This document shows, piece after piece, positions 51,675 through 59,800 of a DNA stretch of 64,000 nt (positions are counted from its first letter, which is position 1; the number at the start of each line of letters is the position of its first letter). The translations under genes and the position numbers were made by a program. Source of the stretch: a virus; IMG/VR virus record IMGVR_UViG_3300025865_000006, positions 53,071-117,070 of that record; one strand, 5' to 3'. A model generated the notes under the pieces. It had not been told where the DNA came from and made no database searches. It worked only from the letters and a program-made list of their open reading frames with translations.

Positions 51675-51785
51675 CTAATTTAATTTTGTAACGGCCTACG
51701 TGCTTGCGAGCGGAGGGGTAATGAATTATTACCGAGGCAACAGGACTACGTAACCTGTAACATTTTATAAGCCCTTATAGTTATA

Positions 51786-51932
51786 ATTAGTTTATGGGTA
51801 GTGACGGTTTCGGATACTTCAACATATTAACACCAATTATAAAATGTCGTACGCCTCTAATAAGTAGGCTTGGCAACCTAACCCACGCGGGGACGCGCAT
51901 CCCGAAGTCATCTAATCCTCTCTATAACTAAT
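51786..51932 (+). ncRNA. scaffold RNA 6 (unrelated cargo)
   Basis: ATTAGTT..ATGGG/CTCTATAACTAAT, TAGTGAC, GGTTTCGG/CCGAAGTC, ATACTTC, ATCTAATCCT. Confidence 0.7.
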
Positions 51933-51935
51933 CGT

Positions 51936-52009
51936 TGGCGTGTCGTTCAATGGTAGGACGCTAGGCTGTTAACCTTGATATGGTGGTTCAAATCCACCCG
52001 TGCCAGCCA
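51936..52009 (+). tRNA. tRNA-Asn (GTT)
   Basis: TGGCGTG/CGTGCCA acceptor, CTAGG-CTGTTAA-CCTTG anticodon arm, G73, CCA. Confidence 0.9.
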
Positions 52010-52020
52010 AACTTTTTCGC

Positions 52021-52095
52021 AGGGGAGTAGCATAATGGTAATGCAGCGGTCTTTGGAACCGCGTAGTGTAGGTTCGAATCCTACCTCCCCCGCCA
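52021..52095 (+). tRNA. tRNA-Gln (TTG)
   Basis: AGGGGAG/CTCCCCC acceptor (1-72 mismatch), GCGGT-CTTTGGA-ACCGC anticodon arm, G73, CCA. Confidence 0.9.
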
Positions 52096-52115
52096 ATTTT
52101 TTATTTGGAGAGAAG

Positions 52116-52352
52116 ATGAGACGCATATTAAAGGGATTACGAATCTTTGTTTTAGGCGCTATACCTGTAGCAATTATACTAGGTATTCCGGGGTTAGCAA
52201 TTCTTATACTGGGTAAAGAACTATTTGGGTATGTGATCTTTGTCGCAGCGCTAATTATGGCTACCTTTGCATTAGGTTTGATAGTAGATATGTTTCTAGA
52301 AGATATTAAAGAGAGCCGTGCCCGTAATAGTCATAATTCACACCCATGCTAG
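52116..52352 (+). CDS. small membrane protein (two TM helices)
   Basis: GGAG SD; hydrophobic segments; start refined from 51975, which overlaps tRNAs. Confidence 0.65.
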   Translation: MRRILKGLRIFVLGAIPVAIILGIPGLAILILGKELFGYVIFVAALIMATFALGLIVDMFLEDIKESRARNSHNSHPC

Positions 52353-53032
52353 GAAATACAAAGGTTCTGGACAAGGGTTTCGTTGGCTTGGTGAGTTATG
52401 CGGGCGGCGATCTATCTGTGGTTGCTTCTGCAAGAGTCTCCAATGGCCTAGGACCGGAGGAAACGTCTAAGGGTGCAGAGAAGGACCAGAAGCTAATTAA
52501 TTACTTAATGAAACACCGGCATGGAACGCCTTTTGAACATAACATGTTCACCTTTTATGTGAAAGCCCCGATATTTGTAGCAAGAGAGTGGATGCGCCAT
52601 CGTATAGGCTCATATAATGAGAGAAGTGGTAGATATACAGAGTTTAAACCAGAGTTTTATATTCCTCTGGTGGCGCGAGGACCAGCCGAGACTAATAAGC
52701 AAGGGTCCATTATGCTCAATAGTGAAGCAGCTAATACTTGGGTGGCCATTACAATTGAAAACTCTTCTATGGAAGCATACGAGGACTATAAGAGGCTGAT
52801 TTCCTTTGGAATAGCAAAAGAAATGGCTAGGATGATTCTTCCGGTAAATACTTACACAGAGTATTATTGGACCGTTAATGCACGATCCCTGATGAATTTT
52901 CTAAGCCTTCGTTGCGGAGAAGACGCTCAGTGGGAAATCAGGCAGTACGCCGAAGCAATCAGAGATATCTTCAAAGACATTATGCCTATGACATACAAGG
53001 CATGGATTGAGAACGGGAGTTTAGCACCATGA
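52346..53032 (+). CDS. thyX: FAD-dependent thymidylate synthase
   Basis: ARVS, H.TPFEH, APIFVAREWMRHRIGSYNERSGRY, KEMARMILP, AQWEIR. Confidence 0.95.
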   Translation: MLGNTKVLDKGFVGLVSYAGGDLSVVASARVSNGLGPEETSKGAEKDQKLINYLMKHRHGTPFEHNMFTFYVKAPIFVAREWMRHRIGSYNERSGRYTEFKPEFYIPLVARGPAETNKQGSIMLNSEAANTWVAITIENSSMEAYEDYKRLISFGIAKEMARMILPVNTYTEYYWTVNARSLMNFLSLRCGEDAQWEIRQYAEAIRDIFKDIMPMTYKAWIENGSLAP

Positions 53033-53394
53033 CGATACCAAACACACTACCAGATTGGGAAAAGAGTTATTGGTATGATTCCGAGCCGATTGATCCTGAA
53101 AAAGAAGGCATACCGGGACCCGGCGCAAGAGCATATATCACCTACTCACTAGTTGATCTAGGCGAATGGCTTGCTCCGCTAAGGACTGGAACAGTTTATG
53201 TATTCAGACCGGGCAAGAGATATGATCTTGTTCTATTAACTGATGATGGTTGGATTACCCAATATCCAGATGCCCTATTTACGGGCGCAGAGGGTGATAC
53301 AGGAAAGTTTATTTCAAACATTACAGGAACAAGTGCCCCGCTACCTGTTAGTACTAGTAATGTTATTATAGCCGCAAGACTAAGTAAGCTATAG
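53029..53394 (+). CDS. hypothetical protein
   Basis: 121-aa ORF coupled to thyX by ATGA overlap. Confidence 0.6.
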   Translation: MTIPNTLPDWEKSYWYDSEPIDPEKEGIPGPGARAYITYSLVDLGEWLAPLRTGTVYVFRPGKRYDLVLLTDDGWITQYPDALFTGAEGDTGKFISNITGTSAPLPVSTSNVIIAARLSKL

Positions 53395-53468
53395 CCCGGA
53401 TTGTTGTAACGGAAGCGATTCAGTTCTACACACTGGCAGACGAGGTTCGATTCCTCGATTCGGGACCA
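53395..53468 (+). tRNA. tRNA-Val (TAC), atypical (C33)
   Basis: CCCGGAT/ATTCGGG acceptor, TCAGT-TCTACAC-ACTGG anticodon arm, CGAGG-TTCGATT-CCTCG, A73, CCA. Confidence 0.8.
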
Positions 53469-53768
53469 ATCATTAAAGTGAGTGAGATGCAAGCAGAAAA
53501 AATTGAATTTACACAGGCGACTTTTGAGGATAAGTACTGCCCTAGCTGCGATTACGGCTATGACGATCCCGAAGATTCCTGTTTATGCGATGAAAGTTGT
53601 GGAGCGATAGGATGCCAAGGCTCAAAATACCATCAAAAAGAGTTAAATCGCCCAAAATATCCTTCTGGACTAGATTAAAAAGTGGTAAGATTACTCTACG
53701 TGGAAGAATAACCTCAATAGAGAAGTCTCCCCTAGAAAAGCCAGATAAAGTAGCACACGCTGACTCAT

Positions 53769-53846
53769 AGCCCTTAGGCCAACCGGTTTGTAGGCGTCTG
53801 TCTTATAAACAGATTTTGGTGGGTTCGACTCCCACAGGGGCTACCA
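53769..53846 (+). tRNA. tRNA-Ile (TAT)
   Basis: AGCCCTT/AGGGGCT acceptor, TCTGT-CTTATAA-ACAGA anticodon arm, GTGGG-TTCGACT-CCCAC, A73, CCA. Confidence 0.88.
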
Positions 53847-53856
53847 ACTTAATAAT

Positions 53857-53930
53857 GCCGCTGTCGTATAACGGAATTACTACTGTTTTGTACTCAGTAA
53901 ATCGGGGTTCAATTCCTCGTAGCGGCCCCA
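53857..53930 (+). tRNA. tRNA-Thr (TGT)
   Basis: GCCGCTG/TAGCGGC acceptor, ACTG(T)-TTTGTAC-(T)CAGT anticodon arm, CCA. Confidence 0.85.
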
Positions 53931-53941
53931 CTCATTTTAAA

Positions 53942-53970
53942 GCACCTAATAAAATAGGTGTTTTTTATTT
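53942..53970 (+). terminator. intrinsic terminator closing the tRNA region
   Basis: GCACCTA/TAGGTGT hairpin followed by a T-run. Confidence 0.75.
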
Positions 53971-54029
53971 GCCTAGAAGTAATTCAATACTTAGTGGCAT
54001 AATAAATTACTTTTAGGAGGTAAAATCAT

Positions 54030-54590
54030 ATGGCAGCAACTTTTTCGTGGGCTCAATATACCGGAAGTTCTGGTAACTCAACTACATTTGCAGGCTCATC
54101 TTTAACACCTACATCATCTTCAAACTCAATGTCTTGGGACTTTGAAACAGCAGATAGCGTAGGAACATCTTCGTATACCGCTAACCCTGTTAGCGCAGGA
54201 TCAGCATCATACCCAGTATGGTTAAAGGGATACTTTACAAACTCTGTTGCATTTACTGTTTCTAACGTAAAGGTTTGGCAGTTCAACCCTGCGGCATCTT
54301 CTGCTAATACAGCATCATTTACTGTATTTGGACAGGACGTAGCAGTTTATTCGATGGCTACAGGAACAGGCACAGGATCAAACTGGGCATCTAATGTTCA
54401 GGTTCCAACAGGAACATCTTCAACAGGATCACCTGCATCTCCATTGACTGGTTTCGGATCATTCGGATCATCTGCTGGAACAACAGGCGTACTACAGTCC
54501 TATATGTGCCTACAGTTAAGCGCAGGGGCAGCAGCACCGGCCGGAACATCGGGTTATTTTGGGTACACACTCCAGTACGACGAACAATAA
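54030..54590 (+). CDS. Ser/Thr/Gly-rich putative virion structural protein
   Basis: AGGAGG SD; beta-rich composition; C-terminal YTLQYDEQ. Confidence 0.65.
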   Translation: MAATFSWAQYTGSSGNSTTFAGSSLTPTSSSNSMSWDFETADSVGTSSYTANPVSAGSASYPVWLKGYFTNSVAFTVSNVKVWQFNPAASSANTASFTVFGQDVAVYSMATGTGTGSNWASNVQVPTGTSSTGSPASPLTGFGSFGSSAGTTGVLQSYMCLQLSAGAAAPAGTSGYFGYTLQYDEQ

Positions 54591-54592
54591 AC

Positions 54593-54622
54593 TTGACCTA
54601 AAGTATAGCAATATGCTATAGT
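54593..54622 (+). promoter_or_regulatory. promoter with an overlapping palindrome
   Basis: TTGACC-N18-TATAGT overlapped by TATAGCA-ATA-TGCTATA. Confidence 0.55.
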
Positions 54623-54636
54623 AATGGGGTGATTAT

Positions 54637-54726
54637 ATGGCAGCAAAAAAGCCAGCACCTAAGGAAATGCCCATGAAGGGTAAGATGCCCCCGTGGCTTA
54701 CACCAAAGGGCGGAAAAAAGAAATAG
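54637..54726 (+). CDS. 29-aa Lys/Pro-rich peptide
   Basis: GGGGTGA SD; MAAKKPAPKEMPMKGKMPPWLTPKGGKKK. Confidence 0.5.
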   Translation: MAAKKPAPKEMPMKGKMPPWLTPKGGKKK

Positions 54727-54744
54727 GCAAAACAAGGAGAAGGT

Positions 54745-56304
54745 ATGGTAGCAAATAACACCTATGGATTAAACGTAGTTGTCGGAATTCCGTCTTTTGG
54801 AATGGTAAGTACATACTTCCTCCAAAGTAGATTATCTCAACAGTTTCCACTTGTTTCAAGTGCTATAGATAAGATCGTGTTGAATAAGCCGATTGCTGAT
54901 GCACGAAACGAGATTGTAGAGTTTGCACTAAGTCAGGGGGCAAATTACATTTATTGGTTAGACGATGATGTAATTGCGCCCCCTGATTCGTTTTTAAGAC
55001 TGTTCAATCAGCACAAGGATATTATAAATGGGGTATATTGGTCTAAGTCTAATCCTCCAATGCCTCTTCTTTTTAGAGGACATTTTGATGGCCCTTATTA
55101 TAACTGGCACGTAGGGGATTTAATTGAGATAGATGCTGCTGGTAGTGGGCTAACTTTAGTCAAGACAGATGTTTATCGAAAGATACAGAAAGAACTGGGG
55201 GGACCTTGGTACTCTGTAGACTACGCTTCTTTTGCGGGGGTAAAGGAAACACCTGTTAATAATACAGAAGACTTGTACTTTTATTGGAAGGCTAAGAAAG
55301 CTGGATATAAGGTTTGGGCAGATACAGCGGTCCAGGCATTTCACTTTGAAAAGAATTCGAAGGTCATGTTTGGAATTCCTGCTAATGCTCCACAGGCTCA
55401 TGCTGGATGGGAAATCCTACCAGCAGGGGAAAAGCTAATTGCTGATATTGGGGCTGGCCCAGTCTCCCCGTATATGCGGGATGAGGGAAATGTAGTTTCA
55501 TTTGATATTAGAGAGGAATTAAACCCAACCGTAGTTTGCGATGTTCGTCATCTACCAGTACCAAATCAAACGTTTGATATTGTATATAGTTCTCACACAC
55601 TTGAACATTTTGGATTCAATGACGTTCAAAAAGTTCTTAAAGAGTGGGTTAGAATCCTAAAAGTTGGTGGGGAATTAAGACTAATTGTTCCCAACCTAAG
55701 GCATGTCGGATATAGGATGGCTATAGACCAAATGTATCCTACAGACTACTGGGTGCTATATGGTGAGCAGGATTATGCTAAGAACTTCCACGCAGCAGGA
55801 TTTACTCCTAAATCTCTTCGAATGCTAGTTGAAAGCTTAGGATGTTTTGAAGATATAGAGGTAAGCGAAGGGGCAGAAGTATTTGGAAATCCTAGCCCTG
55901 ATGCTTGGAGTATTCAACTTCGCGCCAAGAAAGTAAGTCATCCAGAGATAGATAACATAACCCCTGAGGGTATGGAATCTGGACCTCAATCACCTAACTG
56001 GTGGCCAATGGCAATATATCCCGACCCTAAGGAACGCCCTATGACAGAAGAAGAAGTTGTTAAGGATATCCAATTAGTGGCCGCTGGTAGGGAATCACCT
56101 AAGTTTAACTTCATAGGTAAGCCAGAAGAAAGAATATGGGGACCAATTCCCCAAGAGTGGGAAGAGAAGAAACCGGAGGAAAAGGTAGATGGGATGGACA
56201 GCGATAACGAAGCAGGATCAGATACTCCACGAGGATCAGGACGGAAGACCCGTACAACAAGGCGAAGAGGGAAACCTGAAGTTCATACTTCAGGAGGACT
56301 TTAA
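54745..56304 (+). CDS. GT-A (GT2-like) glycosyltransferase fused to a class I methyltransferase
   Basis: ADARN, YIYWLDDD (DxD), TEDLYF..KA..AG in the N-terminal half; ADIGAG, FDIVYSSHTLEH, RILKVGG.L.LIVPN in the C-terminal half. Confidence 0.85.
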   Translation: MVANNTYGLNVVVGIPSFGMVSTYFLQSRLSQQFPLVSSAIDKIVLNKPIADARNEIVEFALSQGANYIYWLDDDVIAPPDSFLRLFNQHKDIINGVYWSKSNPPMPLLFRGHFDGPYYNWHVGDLIEIDAAGSGLTLVKTDVYRKIQKELGGPWYSVDYASFAGVKETPVNNTEDLYFYWKAKKAGYKVWADTAVQAFHFEKNSKVMFGIPANAPQAHAGWEILPAGEKLIADIGAGPVSPYMRDEGNVVSFDIREELNPTVVCDVRHLPVPNQTFDIVYSSHTLEHFGFNDVQKVLKEWVRILKVGGELRLIVPNLRHVGYRMAIDQMYPTDYWVLYGEQDYAKNFHAAGFTPKSLRMLVESLGCFEDIEVSEGAEVFGNPSPDAWSIQLRAKKVSHPEIDNITPEGMESGPQSPNWWPMAIYPDPKERPMTEEEVVKDIQLVAAGRESPKFNFIGKPEERIWGPIPQEWEEKKPEEKVDGMDSDNEAGSDTPRGSGRKTRTTRRRGKPEVHTSGGL

Positions 56305-56662
56305 TCAAAAAGTCGCTGTTGATTTGCTCAATGGTGTCGTTATTATTGGTTATGATGCTTGGAACATTCAGAACGGTACTGTAGAGATACAGAACCCAAG
56401 AACGGTGCTCTATTTGTGCGAGGAAACAAACGTAGTGGGGGAATTAATGAACATAGAGCCTTCTGAGGCTGATGCTAAGGGGGATTATGTTAATACTTTT
56501 ATTCCTTTACAGTTTAGACCTATTTGGTTTACTAGGGTTACGGCAGGGGTTCCAGCTAAGATTATTGGCCTACAAACTACAACCCCCGAAGAATATGGTG
56601 GGCGTAACGTAAAAATGCTAATTTCCTTATTCTCTGATGGAAGAATGGGAATAAGCGGATAG
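56189..56662 (+). CDS. hypothetical protein
   Basis: 157-aa ORF overlapping the 3' end of the GT gene. Confidence 0.6.
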   Translation: MGWTAITKQDQILHEDQDGRPVQQGEEGNLKFILQEDFNQKVAVDLLNGVVIIGYDAWNIQNGTVEIQNPRTVLYLCEETNVVGELMNIEPSEADAKGDYVNTFIPLQFRPIWFTRVTAGVPAKIIGLQTTTPEEYGGRNVKMLISLFSDGRMGISG

Positions 56663-56726
56663 AAAAAAATTAGGAGCAATTCAATGCTTTAACCCATACA
56701 AGGGGATGATCTAGTTGATAAGAAAC

Positions 56727-56767
56727 ACCGGAGCAAGAACAAACATTCTTGCTCCGGTTATTTTTTT
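56727..56767 (+). terminator. intrinsic terminator
   Basis: 13-bp ACCGGAGCAAGAA/TTCTTGCTCCGGT hairpin followed by a T-run. Confidence 0.85.
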
Positions 56768-56800
56768 GTCTCTAACGCCAAATAAGTGTGGTGAGAGACA

Positions 56801-59800
56801 ATGGCATTAACAACAGCGAATAGGGGTAGCGGTGGGATAGGTAGCGGTACTTCCGCAGTTGTAACACCGGCATCAAACTTTACAGCAGGGTCATGGGCTG
56901 TTCTAGAAATTAGTTATGACAACGCAGGATCGAGTGGTGCTGATCCCTATTCAGCAATAAGCGACTCTGTAGGTAATACTTGGACACCTAGACAGAATGC
57001 ATTAAATGATCCGGGTGCTGCTAGTGCTGGTAATGTACTGCGTATTTTCACTTCCAATATGTCTGTTGGGGCATTAACTACAGGAAATACTATTACTGTA
57101 GCTTACGGAGGTAAGACGGTCGGGTCTACAGCTTGGGCCTTAACAGAAGTTGATAGCGCGGCAGGAAATAATGTTGCTTATGAAACAGGGGCTACAGCAA
57201 CAGGTTCCTCAACTGCACCAACTATTACAACAAGTTCTATTGATAAGGCTCAGATAGTAATTGGTGCAGTTGGTGATCAGTATGGCACTGCTCAAACCTT
57301 TACTAATGATTCTGATACTGCAAACGGCTCTTGGACTACAGCACAAACTGCTACAAATGGAACAACAACCTCGGGGCAAAGTATATCTTCACAAGCAAAA
57401 ATACTTACTGCACCTGGCGCCCAAACCTATAACGTTACCTTAGGAACATCTGCTACCTGGGCTATTGCTTGGATAACCCTGTTAGAAAATATGGAAGTAA
57501 GGGCACAAGCACAAGCAACGGTAGTAGCAGTGGCCACTACTAGACAAGTAGAAGCACAAGCACAATCAGACATAAAAGATTGGAATATTACGACTTATGC
57601 CCAATCCCAAGCAGATATAAAACAAACATATCCAAGAGGCGGTACGTCTTATTCTGCCACGGTCCTCGCAGACTCACCAATCGCCTACTGGCGCCAAGGT
57701 GAGTTGTCGGGGACCAGCATGGCCGATGCCATCGCCACGGCCACCGGAACCTATGTCAACTCACCGACCCTCGGAGTGGCCGGAGCCCTAACTGGCGATT
57801 CGGATACGGCGGTCCGGTTCGCGGCTGCATCAACCCAGTATGCAACCGTCGCGACCCTGCCAGCGATCGTGGACACGTTCACGCTGGAGATGTGGGTCAA
57901 GCGTGACTCCACGAGCAGTGGAACCCACGTCTATCTGTCCTATGACCACGGCGCGCAAATCTATTCGTACAACAACAGTCTGGTGTTCGACCTCGGATAC
58001 ACCGGGTCCTGCCTCGATACCGTGGCGGGCTTCTGGATGGATACGACGTTCTTCCATCACATCGTTGTCACCAAGAATGGCGCCGCCCGGCACATGTATT
58101 TCGACGGGGCGGAATGCACCTATAGCACCAGCGTCGCGAGGACCTTCCCGTCCAAGACGGCCGTCACAATCGCGGCTCAGGTAGCTGGCGCAAACCCGAT
58201 GAACGGGGTCGTAGACGAGGTTGCGATCTACGACACGGCCCTATCATCGACCGCAGTAGCCGCCCACTACACGGCAGGGGCCATAGGTGGAATACAAAGT
58301 CCAACATTTGCTCAGGTACAGGCACAGATTACCATTGCTACTGCGACTACACGTTATACTTATGGACAAACTCAGTCAGATATTAAGGACTGGGGACAAA
58401 CAGTTTATGCACAGACACAAGCGGACATAAAAGATTGGGGCATTCAAGTATTTGCACAAGCCAATGCTTGGATCAAGGATACGGGGCAGACAACTTATGG
58501 ACAGACATTAACTAGGATCAATGCCTTTGCTGTACAGTTTTATGCGCAGTCTATGGTTAATATTAGAGGAACATCCATTCAGACCTTTGGGCAGTCTCAG
58601 GCAGATATAAAACAGACATATCCACTTTGTATTTCTGGTGCATTTCAAAGTGATGCCTTCCAAAATGGTGCCTTCCAGACAGACTACTGCGAAGGCGCTT
58701 TTGCACAAACTCAAGTAGATGTAGATGTTAAGGCTATATCTAAGGTCTATGGACAAGCCCAAACTGATATTAAGACAGTCTATCGGGCAAATGCTCAGGC
58801 ACAGACACAGGTTGTAGCAGCGTTATCTACTAAACAGCAATTTGCCCAAGTTAATGCATGGATAAAGATAACACTAATTGAAGCAGAAGCTCAGACACAG
58901 ACTGATATCAAAACAGTACAGAAAGCGTTTGTCCAAACGCAAACTGATGTAAAGCAGTATGCTGTTACATACGCTCAAGCACAGTCTGATATCAAGCAAG
59001 TATCCTTGGTATCTGCTCAGGTACAAACTGATATTAAACAAACTTCTACTGGGTATGCACAGCCTAATTCTTGGATCAGGGTAACTAGTATTACAGTTTG
59101 GGGCCAAACACAGTCAAAGATTAAGGCTACTTACTCAACGTTGGGGCAAACTTGTGCTGATATTAAGAGCTATACACCTTCCTTTGCACAGGCCCAAGTA
59201 GACGTAAAGCAGTTCAGTCAAGTATTTGCACAGTCTCAAGTGGATATCAAGGCTGCTTCACGCGCTTACGCTCAGGCGCAAACAGATATAAAGCAGACCT
59301 ACCAAGGATATGCAGACACTCAGACAGATATCACGCAAACTTATACAGCAAGTGTAAATGCACAAGCCGATGTAAAGGTAGCAAGTCAGGTTTGGGCGCA
59401 AGGTAATTCTTGGATAAAGGTTATCAATAATACAGTATACGCTCAGACTCAGACAGATATTGAGGTTACTTCTACAGGATTTGCTCAGGTACAATCACAG
59501 ATAATCCTTTCTAGTAGACAGTCTTATGCCCAATCTACTGCTTGGATTAAAACTGTTGGGCTAGTTTCTTGCGCCCAAGCACAAGTACAGATAGTGGGTG
59601 CTGCAACTACTACAACTATTTATGCCCAATCTAATGCTAATATCCTAGACTGGGGGCAAACAACTTACGGTCAAACACAGGCAGATATTAAGCAAGTTGG
59701 CATAGGGTATGGTCAGGCTAATGCCCAAATCATTCTTTCTGGTAGATTATCTTATGCCCAAGTACAGGCCAATATCAAGCAATTTAGTCAAGGCTTTGCT

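Noticed and set aside
50742-51932. Repeated motifs with variable inserts considered as a CRISPR array
   Set aside because: The repeats are not identical, inserts vary widely in length, flanks covary as helices, tRNAs and an ORF are interleaved, and no cas genes are present.
53395-53468. Amber suppressor tRNA (CTA within the loop) and stop-codon recoding
   Set aside because: The stem register TCAGT/ACTGG centres TAC (Val), and conserved genes such as polA end normally at TAG with no in-frame stops.
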